A program made the position numbers and the translations under genes. A stretch of 64,000 nt of DNA from Phoronis australis (lineage: Eukaryota > Animalia > Phoronida): positions 25,270 through 89,269 of the forward strand of contig NMRA01000943.1 of the NCBI GenBank assembly GCA_002633005.1, given 5' to 3'. Positions 1-12,808 of this stretch are shown here, piece after piece. Within the stretch, counting starts at the first letter, position 1; each line of letters opens with the position of its first letter. Under the pieces are notes generated by a model that was given only the letters and a program-made list of their open reading frames with translations, was not told the origin of the DNA and did no database searches.

Positions 1-1705
1 AGCAGAGTGTTTGCTAGGATTTTGCCCGTTTTAGACATTTGCACCCCTGCACTGCCAAATGGAATCTGCGACAACTTTAGGGCGGGACATGGCCCCCTTG
101 GCCCACCTCTAACTTCGCCACTGTTAATTGCATGCCTACTTTACTGGGCGCTTCTATGCCGGAAGCCCTTTTTGCAAATTAACATCATCAGAGTTATATT
201 TTGTTAAGTACCTTTTGGGCATAGAGGCCCGGGCACCTTAGTAGGCTATCGATGTCTTTAATTCCTTCAAACTAGAACAAATGGTCCTATAATCTAATTT
301 TTTCTTTGAGCAATCCTTCGTTCAGTTGCCCAAATTGCCACTGGCTATTTTTAGCACTGCAGGTGCGCACATGCACTTATTTTTACCGTTTGAGCTAGGA
401 TTAAAAATTAGACTGCCGTGGTTTTTGAATTTTCATAATGAGTCGAGTACTTGTAGTAACGTGGGTTTTGTCAGCTAAACCCAAGCCTTGAGCTCTTCGT
501 TTAGAAAATAATTTCGAACTTGGCTTATATGCATCAGTGATGCACAATAGAAGCTGTGACTGAACAGATGGGGATAAAATTTGGTCCTTCTGATGGAATC
601 TCCTTTAAACAGCCTGTTCAGGACATCGTTAGTGTGAAGCAACTCTGGTATAACTCAGGTAGCGGGTAAGTAGTAGACCAGTGGGGTTCTACAACCAAAA
701 CCAGCATTGTTGTCTTGCTATGTGTGTGCCACCATCTTGGGTGTGTACTGACTAACTATCCACTGAACTCATGGATCATCTCAGATCATGGGTATTTTTA
801 ACTTCCAAAGTCAATGCTTATTGTCAAAAGAATCATGGGTATTTTGTAGATATCGTCTCAGGTGGATATTTCGTCATCTCGGGTATTTTTTGTGTGTATA
901 TTTCAGCTTCGGGACGTGCCCGTGCAAAGTCGATTGCATCTCAACAGCCATGGTTGCTTAATTAGTGTGGCCTGTTAGAACATAGCTCTAGTATACCATA
1001 CAAGCAAAGAATGGAGTCCTTCATACGTCATTATGGAGTTACATTGATGCACTGGTAATCAGAGTCTGATGAGGCTCATAATCTCGTCACTCAATGATGC
1101 GCTTGTTGATTGCTTCAATTTTCTGTTGCTGTCGTTGTCTGTTGCTTGACCTCAATCAAGGTTATTCATTGTCAGTTTCAGATCGAAGGTCAAGCTATAG
1201 TCGTGATTGTGAAGCTTGCCAGACTTCCGTGCAGGCAACAGTTTTGCCTTCTTCAGTTGGCACTTCTTTTATTTACCCTCCCGAGACGCTCTAAGCGTTC
1301 TGAGGTACTGGATCAGATATTCTCACCCAATATACCCTCCCTAAAACCTCCTGTACACTGAGCTTTCCGATAGGGAAATCCCCAGGATTTTGACTACCCA
1401 GTGTCCATTTTCTGAATGGACAAGATATTGCGTTGGTGTATTTGCAATGTGCTTAGCAACACACCTTTGTCTTTTATGTGAAAGGGAGCTTGACAAACTT
1501 TCAAGGATAAAGTAAATTTTTATGTAGCGCAATCCCAGCATGAAGTTCCTCTCCCTCGGACTTTGAGACAAGGTGCTGTTTTAATGAAGTGTGTTGCTTG
1601 TTACAGATCTCTTGAAAGCTCCATGTCTCTGAAAGTGTATCACACCATGGATCTCTGGTGTTTATTATGTCGGAGTAAATAGGTCCACTCTGTAACGGAC
1701 TCACG

Positions 1706-4700
1706 ATGCTGGAGAAATATGCTCCTCGTGTGTATGAAGCTCTGAACGGAATATTTTGCGTATACAAGCCGAGGGGAATGCCTGCTGAGCGGCTAAAAGT
1801 GACAATTCAGCATAAACTCCAACAAGGTACTGAGTCTTTTATATTCACTGGTTCAGATTAAAGTAAACGTCCTAAGGTTGTGAACTTCAGCGCATTGACT
1901 ATTTTTTAATTAAACAATAGCTTCCAACTTCCATACGATGTCATTTGGCTTGAGAATGGTCATTTGTGTGACTGAGTTATTTGAATGACCCACAATGCAT
2001 CAGTGGTTATTTTGCAGCTTTATTGTCAGAAAGAATGTTTAAAAATCATTATACAATCCAGTTCTTTAAACGGTCATCCCCATTCAAGAACGCTGTTCAC
2101 CAGTAAAGTGCAAGCCAGTGACAAGAAATATTTTGCTTTGTCCCTGCTACCAGTACATCAAAAAATCGATAAATTATAATTCTGCAAGGGCGCCATCTTT
2201 AGGTACTTTCAGGTACAGCACACATCATGAATTTTTGTTGGCTAATTTGCCAACCGGTCGGCTAAAAATTAGCCGACCGGCAGCCGGTCGCAGTGCCGAC
2301 TCATAAGTCGACTCCCCAGCCGACCCTTCAGCCGACCCTTCAGCCGACCCTTCAGCCGACCGGCCATTAGCCGACCACGTGGTCGGCTGCTATTTTTAGG
2401 CTAGAATAGCAGTTGCGTAATAGGTTGTCAGGCTGATACCACTTTGCATGTCAATGCATATTCGTCTTAGCACAGGGTCAAATAAATTAACTTAGTTTTA
2501 CCTTCTCCGTTGCATGAGTTCACCGCAGTTGTGAAACACCACTAATTCGAAGGTTGAGAGCAAGCGGTTTTATCATTGAGTTATGGACAGTGCAACAAGT
2601 TTTGGATAAAAAACGTGAACATTTTCTTTACATTTGATCTTTAATTTGACTCGCGATGTTAACAAGCTGCATTAGATTGGCTGCTTCCAGGTCAGTACAA
2701 CGATGTAGTCATTTTATAAATGCAGCTATTTTTGACAGTCTTTGCCCACAACTGTTTGTTGTTTGTGTTACGCCGAAATGCATCTTTTTGCGTTTTTAAA
2801 ATTCTCTACCGGTCTCTTATCACGTGCCCATGATGATGGGATAGTGAGTGAGTTGTTACACCGAAGAACTCTCACTCCGGGGTTTTTATTTTCATATGAT
2901 TAACCGTTGCAGTATAGACGCGAACTTCACGGTCCAGTATGCCCTAAACGCACGGACTTTGATGGGTCTAACAATCATATGGTTACGATTTCCACGAACT
3001 TAGACAGTGACATCAAACACAGAATAACCACTGTTGAGGCTACAATCAATTCTAGCTTTGCGCATTCCGTTTTTAGTGTATCGGTGACGTTAAAATCTGC
3101 GCTAGTTACATGTATCAGTTCTTCGTTCACGTTGTTCCAAAAATAAATATTTTCTGTCATCAACATATTGACAAATTATGTAAAATAAAACAATTTACGG
3201 GAAGATGTGAATACGTGGTGAAGAGGTATTTGTCTCTACACGGCATATGTGCGTGAATCGTTGGAAAAGCGATTGCGATGTCGAAAAAACTAATAGAAAA
3301 TAAACCAAGGTGCAGAATAATTGTTCTGTGCTCAGCTGTAAGAAGACCTACAACAATTTTTTGAAATAGCGCTCGATCTTAAAAAAATTCAGTATGAGAG
3401 CGCTTCATCAGAAATGCCAAGCACATACAGCGTCGTAACGGAGAAGTTGGCGTTTCCGTATGTCCACAAAAGTGCTTTGAGCAGTGTGTACAAATCTGTT
3501 CATTTCGCTTTTCTACACTGACGAATACGGTCAACACGCTGTTTTAAAAAAGTCCACTTTTGAGGGCATTTTCAAAAAATATGTTTGGTTGATGCATTCA
3601 CTAGAGCGTCGCTGCCCACGTCGCTGTACACAAATGTAGGCGTGGGCAGAAAACGTATTTGCGTAAAAAGGTGTTGCATTTTCAAAACTTTCAGACAGAG
3701 TCGTGTGTTGTCAGGACCCTACATTAATAAACTGAGGCCAAGTACAAAGCACGTCTTCAAAATTTAGATAAAGTTTACGGCATGCTGATTACACCGGGGT
3801 CACAGACTCGGAGCACGTTTTTAAGCATACGTTTATTGTAATATCGGTTGAATTGTATGTTATAACTGTGTATAGCACGTACGCGCACAATAAGCCATTC
3901 ACATTTAAATCTGATCACAATTCTCCCCCTGCTTTGAAAACAAACAATCGTAGAGATAATTTTCGGAAAGAATGTGAACTAAAATGATAGGACAAACACT
4001 ATATACCATTATAGTCCAGATTCTACATTCGGAGACCGCTTTTGTGAGAAAGAAATTCNGATCACAATTCTCCCCCTGCTTTGAAAACAAACAATCGTAT
4101 AGATAATTTTCGGAAAGAACGTGAACTAAAATGATTGCACAAACACTATATACCATTATAGTCCAGATTCTACATTCGGAGACCGCTTTTGTGAGAAAGA
4201 AATTCTCAACAGGAGAAGTTTGTAATGATACGTAGAACTTTTTCCCCTTGGAGTAGGCGAAACGCTAAGTATTGTGTTCTTACTCCAGAGGGCTCGGCCT
4301 TGGTGCGAAGCTGTTCACTATATTAAATATACAACATTGCGCCGTTCAGTGGGTAAAAACTGACCGAATAAAATCTTCCTTGAGTAATCTAAATGATTTA
4401 CCAGCGTTGAAAAAATTGCTTTTCTACAATTATTCTGCTACTAAATATGAGGTGTGATCTTTTGTGTCGACTTTCGGTGCAATGAAACATTGCGCCACCT
4501 ATTAGTCAGTTTCTTTTTCCCATATTCTTCAATCAGACGTTCTCCCTCGAGGTTGCGTAAACATCACAACAAATGATTAGAATTGGTTTCACTTCAATTT
4601 ATGTTTTTGAATTTGATATCAGTAAACCAACTTTTGCTGCGATGTTGTCAACATCTAATGGGAGATGTCGAAAAAATTCTGGAAGTGGCGCGAGTCACGA

Positions 4701-7700
4701 ATGTACTACTTTCAAAACGATACCAATGCAGAGAATTACGCAAGAAAATGACGTCGCATATTTTTCGCTTAAACGTCCGTAACGGGCAAGGTGAATGTCA
4801 ATTGAGTTCCAGATTTTGCATGCACAGCCACTGGTCTTTAGCTCATGTTGATACAAGCTTCACGACGAGCGTAACTATTCGGGCTGTGTGCAATTTCGAG
4901 GTCTGTCGGAGCTCAATACACAGTGGCACCTTGCTGTATTTTGACTATAGTCTTCATACAGCTAGCTGGCTAAATAGGAAGGCTCTAGCTTCGAAACAAT
5001 ATTTTACTCCGAAAGTGACAACAACTTCAGAATGACGATGGATCATGGGTGACACTATAACCGATCACATATCCTTCCATTTTAATGCGCCCTTAATCTC
5101 TGCACTATGTTGAAACCGTTGTTTATGTTGTTCTTAAAATAAACTGTAATGGTTATTCTGCTGTACCAACATATTAAGAAATTATACAAAAATAAACAAT
5201 AATTATCTGTGGTAAAGCACATTATACAGCGTGATGAAGTGATGATCAAGAGCAATAACGATTGAGCGCAAATGCGTGCTGCTTGTTGAGCATTCCGCGG
5301 CATGAAAACACTTGATGTCGCAAAATAGCCAGCGTTGTATTATGATGTTTGTGCAATTTTACTGTAAAATTTGAAATTTCTTGCTTGTTTTCATGCATAA
5401 TGTACTGTATAAAAAGTCTCATACTAAGAGGCAGAAATTTGGCCGCGTTATCATTTAACGTTTGATTTTACAACGCCGTCAGTAATTCAACAGAAAGCTT
5501 ATGTTAAACAAAAGTTGATAAACCGATGTCAAGACCGGAGTTGCCACTGGTGAATGAACAGCGAATAGTTAAATGTTTGTTTGGCCAAAATGGTAATTGT
5601 CGACCAAGGACACGCTTAATCCGAATTGGTCGTATACGCTAGGCGACCACTTAGCTGACCCAAGTGCTGACCACAGAGGCGACTCAGCAGACGGCTCCTA
5701 GCTGACCGTTGTTGGTCGGCTGCTGGTCGGCTAGACGACCGGTCGATGGCCGGTCGTCGACCAATTTCCGACCAGTCGGACAAAAATTTGTGATGTGTGC
5801 TGTAATTGTTGCTTTCTGTCTCTGACAACACTCCTCTATTTTTACATTTTTTTTCAACTGTGTCAATCTGAAATCAAAAAACTTTTGGCTGTTTATTAAC
5901 TAATACTAATCTTAGCTCAGCAATGTAGAAAATCTCAAAATTACAACAGTTAGGAAGGAACTTGTGATTAAAAAAGTTTAAAATTTCTTCTTTGTCATTG
6001 TGGTAAGATGTGTACTTTAATGTTGACTTTTTCTCTCTATTATTTTCAGAACTCAACTCCCTTCCTTGCAGACCATATCGCCAAATAGTTGAGATTCATG
6101 AAGACCGTCTCGGTACCAACCTGCCACTGGTAACCACACTGACAGATGTGGCTGACGATCCCCTTGGTGAGACTATCTAATCTAACTGCACGTCTTTCAG
6201 CACGGACATTAAAATTCACCTGAGTCAAAATGAAACTGATGAAATGATCCGTTATTTCATGTCATGACGCTTGAGCAATAGTGACCCGTTATTTTGCATC
6301 ATAATGGTTGAGCACGAATGAAATCCCACGTGACGATCATTGAGAGTAAGCGAATTTAACCACCACGGTAGTCACCTACATGTAGCATTATGGGTAATTT
6401 AAATCAATTTCAAAAGTTAAGATACCGTTCCTAGTCAGTCGTAAGCTAACCTCATGATATCACCAGGAGACAACCACAAGACAACTTACAGATATATTGT
6501 AACTGAGTCATCTGTTGGCATACTGACTACATGACAATTGTGAGAGTCGTCATTTCTATTGGAAGTTGCATCGCATTGAAACAGATTCAGGTTCACATGC
6601 TGTCCATGTTTTGCAGTAATAAAAACATTGATTTAGACTGAATATCTATTTCTCATCATTTATGATGTTTATCCCTGTTCCAATTCTCCCAACACCAACA
6701 TGCCAAGCTACGCCTCCACTTTCATGTGCTAAGCAGTGATTACGATTTACAAAATTCTCCACGTTCCACTTACATATGTCGCAGGTCTTATCATGCAAAA
6801 TTCATCGACAAATTGGCTCCTATGATACTTGAATAGTTTGGTGATTAAAAAAGAAACTGACTGGTCTGGTCTATCCTTGAGTGATAGTGTTTATGAAAAA
6901 AATATGAAAATAATAATTACGTTTGCCGTATTACCATGAGGTTACTCTTGTTTGTGAAAAATAAAACATTGTACAAGGTATTCTCTGTTCTGATGTGTGT
7001 TTCATAAACCTTTCGCAGTTGTTGAGCCGCGTTATCTACACGAGGACTTCTATGTGGACTGTGTGAGCAGTTTGAAGAGAGATGCCTCTGGGGTCACTGG
7101 TAGGTATTTTTGGTATCCTGGCGACACCTATTGGTTGGAGAGTGAAGCTTAGCCCATGAACTTTGCCAGAAACCATCTTTCACCTTGAGTTGAAAGTCAT
7201 GTGTTTATGATACCCATGTCAATCTTGTCCCCATCTGAAATACTCCAATTAATGATAAAATTTCACCAAATTTAGACAAAAAATAACTGGTCTCTTTATT
7301 TTTGATGTCTTTTACCATAATGATTGTGAATGCTTGTAGTTTTTGAAAATTTTATTTGGTGGTAACTATGGTCCAAAACTTTTTTTTTTTTTTTTTTTTT
7401 CCAGAGATATTTATTAACTCAACCAACCAGTACATAGTTGTGTGACAATATGACATCTAGTTTAGTGTACATCAAACAAATTACGAAACATTATCGGACC
7501 CTACAAAAGCTAGTTAGGCAAAAAAGACCACCTTGCCTGGAATCTCTCAAGATCCAATTTATCATTGTAAATAATTTTTTCCAGGTTGTAGTAATCATAT
7601 ACCTCACGTAAAAATGACTGAAAATTGGGCTTAGTCTTTTGTAATCTTTGTCTATATAAGTGGAATTTCGCTAAGCAAAGAATTAAATTTACAGCTTCTA

Positions 7701-10700
7701 ATCTACAGGCTGGGTCTCCAAACAAGGCGGAAGACATATTTAACTGCAGAGGGAAATTGCACTGATTTATCATCCATGTTCTTAAACATCCCCAAAACTT
7801 CTGAACAAGTGAACATTCCCAATACAAATGTAGAATTGTTTCTTCATGTTGCTCACAGAAAGAACATAAAGACGATTCACTAACACCTATTTTCTTTAAA
7901 TAAGAGTTTGTACCAATAATTCTGTGGTTGATACGGAATTGAAACCATCTGAGTCTGACATCAGAAGTACAATGATAAATTACAGAATGAATTTTTTTCC
8001 AAGATTNNNNNNNNNNNNNNNNNNNNNNNNNNNNNNNNNNNNNNNNNNNNNNNNNNNNNNNNNNNNNNNNNNNNNNNNNNNNNNNNNNNNNNNNNNNNNN
8101 NNNNNNNNNNNNNNNNNNNNNNNNNNNNNNNNNNNNNNNNNNNNNNNNNNNNNNNNNNNNNNNNNNNNNNNNNNNNNNNNNNNNNNNNNNNNNNNNNNNN
8201 NNNNNNNNNNNNNNNNNNNNNNNNNNNNNNNNNNNNNNNNNNNNNNNNNNNNNNNNNNNNNNNNNNNNNNNNNNNNNNNNNNNNNNGAATACTTAGCAAA
8301 CTGATCAAGAAGGTTAAGTGAAGATTTTAAAGAGGCCTCTGAACCATCTAGAAAGAGGACCGTGTCGTCTGCATATTGCATTAATTTATACTCTAAAGAG
8401 CCTACTTTTATGCCTTTAACATTCTCGCATTGCCTCAACATAGATGCCATAATTTCGGCACACAACAAAAAAAGATAAGGTGAAAGGGGATCCCCTTGTC
8501 TGCAACCTCGGCAAATGTTAAAGTAGTTGGACGTAAAGCCATACTGAATGACTGAAAGTTGGACACTTTCATTGAGTATTGTGAACCAACGAATAATATC
8601 GTCCCCAAAATTGAAATAGTGTAGAACTTTCTTAAGAAATCTCCAGGACACAGAATCGAAGGCTTTTTCAAAATCAATTAATACCAGAAGTCCGGGAATA
8701 TCCTTAACTTGAGTATATTGTAAGATATCATAAATCACTCTGGTGTTCTCTCCCATAAATCGACCTGGGAGAAACCCAGTTTGATTAGGATGAATTAACT
8801 TATTTAAAACGGATTTTATCCTTTGTGCAATACATGCTGATAATAGTTTATAACTTGAATTTAGTAAGGAGATTGGTCTCCAATTTTTAATGTATTCACG
8901 TGGTTTCTTACCCTTAGGAATCAGAGTAATGACACCTTGACGCATAGTGGTAGGGAGACGGCCGGTTCGAAAACTGTAATTAAAAGATTTGATCAAAAAA
9001 GGCGACAATTCTTTCCAAAAAAATTTGTAAAACTCTACAGGAAAACCATCAGTCCCCGGAGTTTTGTCATTTTTCATNTAATGACACCTTGACGCATAGT
9101 GGTAGGGAGACGGCCGGTTCGAAAACTGTAATTAAAAGATTTGATCAAAAATGGTCCAAAACTTGATCTTGGTCAGTTGTTACTATTTTCATTAGGTATT
9201 AAATAAAGCGAAGAGATGTGGAAATATCATTTGTATCCAATGTTTATTAGATTTTACTGTAGTTAACAAACATTTTGAAGTCTGGTTTGCACGCCACCTG
9301 TTTGCCACATTATGTGACCTAGTGGTGTGGCCAACAGGTGGCATGCAGACCAGATTATAGCTATGAATAGGTAAAGACTGTCCATGTAATATGTTTCATG
9401 CAGAACAGATTATAGCTTTGAATAGGTAAAGACTGCCCATGTAATATGTTTCATGCAGAACAGATTATAGCTTTGAATAGGTAAAGACTGCCCATGTATT
9501 ATGTTTCATTTCCACTCATCAAACACACTTTTGATGAAGGTACGTAGGTTGGCAAAGTGTTTTCCCCTTTTCCTGGCCGGAGTGCACTCAGATTTGTTTC
9601 TAATATGTGTTTTGTTTTCACACTAAAAATTTTTCTTGTCAGATTCAAAATAAAATGTTTTAGCACGCACAAATTTTACAGTCAGCTATGCAAACAAAGT
9701 AAACTTAGTTTTAATCTTAATTTACACAATATGGTTTTCAGAACTTTTATTTTTTCTAGGAACTACTGTTTAGACAATTATCATTAATTATTTCTTGAAT
9801 GCTTTGCCATGATTTGCATACACATGTACATATTGACACTAAGACACCGTGATGTCTGGACCCATAACAGTTACTTTCGAGGTACACAGATTAAAAAGTG
9901 TCCCACTACACTGCCAGATGGCATTAGGTCAGATTGGTCTCAAGTAACTGGTCTGATGTCAGATGTATGATCAATTCTTCAAGTCTAGCTGTACATGTGA
10001 AGAACTTTTGATTCACCCATTTGATGTTTCAGTCTATGGCATTGGTCACGTGGGGGCACTGCTGAGGAAGATTCTTCATGCTAATTTCATACGGGTACGG
10101 TTGACTTTCAGCAGTGAAATAATAATAATTCTTGCAAAGTTATGCTTTGTCATCTTCAATGACTCTCAAATGTTTGGAGCAAGTTTGCAAAGTGAGTCTC
10201 TTAACGAAGTCTGCTTATTTCATACCAATATTATTATTTGGTTGTCTCAGCTGTATATTTTCAGTAACTGTTCCAGTAACTAACCTTTGACCTATTTCAC
10301 AGGTTTACACACTGAAGGGCCAGTTTGGCACAGCTACGCAAGACTTCACCCCTGAGGGCCACTTGATTGCCAAGACCACTTATAGTAAGTTGAGGTTATG
10401 TTCACATACATCGGGCAGTTACCTCAGTTCAACTTAATGTTCACATGCAATGGACAGTTACGTCAGCTCAAAGTGTGAACACATTGGCGTTTACCTCAGT
10501 TCAACTTGTCTTCACACGCATTGGACAGTTGCCTCAGCTCAAGTTGTGTTCACATTTGGTGTTTACCTCAGTTCAACTTATGTTCACACGCATTGGACAG
10601 TTGCCTCAGCTCAAGCTGTGTTCACATTGGCGTTTACCTCAGTTCAACTTGTCTTCACACGCATTAGACAGTTGCCTCAGCTCAAGTTGTGTTCACATTG

Positions 10701-12808
10701 GCGTTTACCTCAGTTCAACTTATGTTCACACACATTGGACAGTTGCCTCAGCTCAAGTTGTGTTCACGTGCTGGGTAGTTGCCTTGATACTAGTTGTTCT
10801 AGGAACAAAGTGATCATACTCAAAGTGTAGGGCCTAGTGACCTTTCTTAAATCGTCAGTCTGCCTAAGTCATTACATTTTGTTTGGTCCTGCCATTAATT
10901 TATCTTATGTGAATCATTTTTGATATCAAACAAAATACAACATACTATTGAGAAATATTCTAAATTCTACTCTTCATCACAGTGAAAGTAGAAAAGGCAT
11001 TTGCTTGACGCAATTCTTCACTGTTGTGAGCAGCCAGGTACAATTGGCGACAACAGAATTTTTTTTTCTTTAACAGACTGATATTTTGAAGAGTCGAACA
11101 TTTATTTATGAATCGTTACGATATCCCACAAAAGTGGCAGTTTGACGGTGTGATGGATGCATAGACAAATGTTCTAAACTGTCCCAAAGCATTGCAGAGA
11201 ACCGTTCATCAGCAACCTTGTATTTCAATGTAGTCCAGTTTATTTTCAAAACAATCCTTAAATGGTCAGACTTTTTAAACTGTTCTACAGATCGCTGGAT
11301 AACTGTCACTTACAGTGATCCCTCATTTTCAGAACTAATTTTCTCCACCGATTAACAGGTGCCAAACTGGTTTTAAAAATCCTGGACCCTTATGAATGAC
11401 TATTCTGACTGATACATGTAGGGATCTGTTGACTGTAATCAGCTACATGTAATTTCTTTCACAGAACACATCGCTCAGGCCAAAGTAGATCGTGTTACCG
11501 CAGCGATACAGGCGGGACATCAACGTCAGATGTTTTACTACGCAGGTATGCTGAATGGCTTTGTGAACAGGCAACATTGTAATGTCGATGAACCATGACT
11601 TTTACAAGATTTGGATTCTGAGTGATATGTCATTGGCACAGTTAGTGTATTTTAAAATAACCCTAGAAATCATTTCTTGTCTGAATAAGGAGCAAAATGA
11701 GATTGGTTTATTTTACAGTAAGTGTCTTATTATGTACAGAAGGAGCAGGGCTTTGCAACTCCTTGAACTAGGTTTTATAATAGTTGGTGTAGGTTAATTC
11801 AGCCATCAAAAAACAATCCGATACCTTCAGTTAGATTATAGCAAAAAACTATGGAGTGCTTAGTGACTCACAGCAGTCAATGCTTTTTACCAATTAATGG
11901 ACTTTAACGATATTGCCATATATAATTGAGTTTAAAATGAATGACCTTTTACTTGAAGGTGTTGACCTCCAGTCTCAAGAAGCATATGATCTGGCCTGCC
12001 AGGGACTCATAAGGCCGGTTTACTCACCGACGAAGAAGATTCCTCCACTGATATATGGCATCAAATGTACACAGTTTGATCCTCCTGACTTTGAGTTAGG
12101 TAGGGACCTTGTTTTAGTTATAGTCAAAAAGGTTCAGTGGACGTAGTTATAGCTTGTACTCCTGTCTGACTGGTGTATTATGTGTCCACTCTAGAAAACC
12201 AATAGGGCCATCCCGAATTACATGACGATAAAACTCTCCTTTGTCGCAGAGATAAGAAAGCTTGTGACCTAGTTCTGCAATGTTATATGGTGTAAAATTA
12301 CTTGCACATTTTCCATATTGAAAACTTCCTGAAAATGACTCCACTCCCAAGACATGCACCGAAGCAGGGAGTTATAATCATATTCTTGCATGAAAATTTA
12401 TGAAAGTTTACCACTACAAATAAAGTACTAAAAAATTTTTAAGTTTTGTGGTATCTTCTTCAAAGCAATCTAAGAAATTGTTTGAATTTTACTGTTTCAG
12501 AAGTTAAAATGATAAATGAACAAGATGCGTACCTTAAGAAGTTAATTCACGAGATTGGACTACAACTGCACTCAAGTGCTGTGTGTACACAAGTTCGCAG
12601 GGTTCAGTATGGAACATTCACACTGGACCATGCTTTACTGTCCAAGCACTGGACAGCTGAGAATATCATCTCTAACATTAAGCTGTGTAGAGGGCTTGTT
12701 ACACGGGAACAGTTGAAACCGCCAGGAATAATTACGTCTTGCGAGCGGAAACTTGATCGACTGACACCTAGTGGTGATGATGGAAAAACATTCTTGGAGG
12801 GTCTATAG
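1706..12808 (+). CDS. TRUB2: Mitochondrial pseudouridine synthase TRUB2-like; join(1706-1826,6050-6166,7019-7099,10033-10094,10303-10384,11465-11545,11959-12099,12501-12808), 330 aa
   Basis: All introns are GT-AG and phases are consistent (993 nt). The translation carries TRUB2 motifs: LNGIFCVYKPRG, DDPLV, DASGV.VYGIG, VYTLKGQFGTATQDF.PEG.LIAKTTY, GVDLQSQEAYDLACQGLIRP, PPLIYGIKC, YLKKLIHEIGLQLHSSAVCTQVRR..YG.FTLDHALL..HW. Confidence 0.93.
2216..5802. mobile_element. ~3.6-kb non-autonomous DNA transposon with terminal inverted repeats, in a TRUB2 intron
   Basis: Left end ta|CAGCACACATCATGAATTTTTGT matches the reverse complement of the right end ACAAAAATTTGTGATGTGTGCTG|ta. Both ends carry dense subterminal (G)CCGACC/GGTCGG repeats. 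No transposase ORF seen. Confidence 0.75.
2317..2361 (+). repeat. Tandem 12-mer CAGCCGACCCTT x~3.7 (subterminal repeat of the TIR element)
   Basis: Directly visible tandem units. Confidence 0.85.
7380..9150 (-). mobile_element. 5'-truncated Tx1/L1-clade non-LTR retrotransposon (RT domain plus C-terminal CCHC motif), antisense in a TRUB2 intron
   Basis: RT motifs KTPGTDGFPVEFY, NWRPISLLN, QTGFLPGR, IDFEKAFDSV, GCRQGDPLSPYLF, QYADD; C-terminal CSFC..HEETILHLYWEC; stop at 7510; AATAAA and poly(A) (T-run 7380-7400); TSD ATGGTCCAAAACT(T) at 7368-7381 and 9151-9164. N-gap at 8007-8286. Confidence 0.93.
9351..9509 (+). repeat. 55-bp tandem repeat, ~2.9 copies
   Basis: Units CAGATTATAGCT(A/T)TGAATAGGTAAAGACTG(T/C)CCATGTAATATGTTTCATGCAGAA start at 9351, 9406 and 9461. 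Confidence 0.9.
10398..10782 (+). repeat. Intronic minisatellite with alternating ~29/37-bp subunits (~66-bp higher-order unit)
   Basis: Recurrent GTTCACA(CG)CATTGG...CCTCAG(C/T)TCAA(G/C)TT units. Explains the repetitive ORFs 10445-10813 and 10450-10830. Confidence 0.88.

Noticed and set aside
3913-4205. ~146-bp tandem duplication
   Set aside because: The copies abut a single N (4059); typical unmerged contig overlap.
10398-10830. CRISPR-like periodicity and repetitive ORFs
   Set aside because: No unique spacers, no cas genes, eukaryotic intron; it is a minisatellite.
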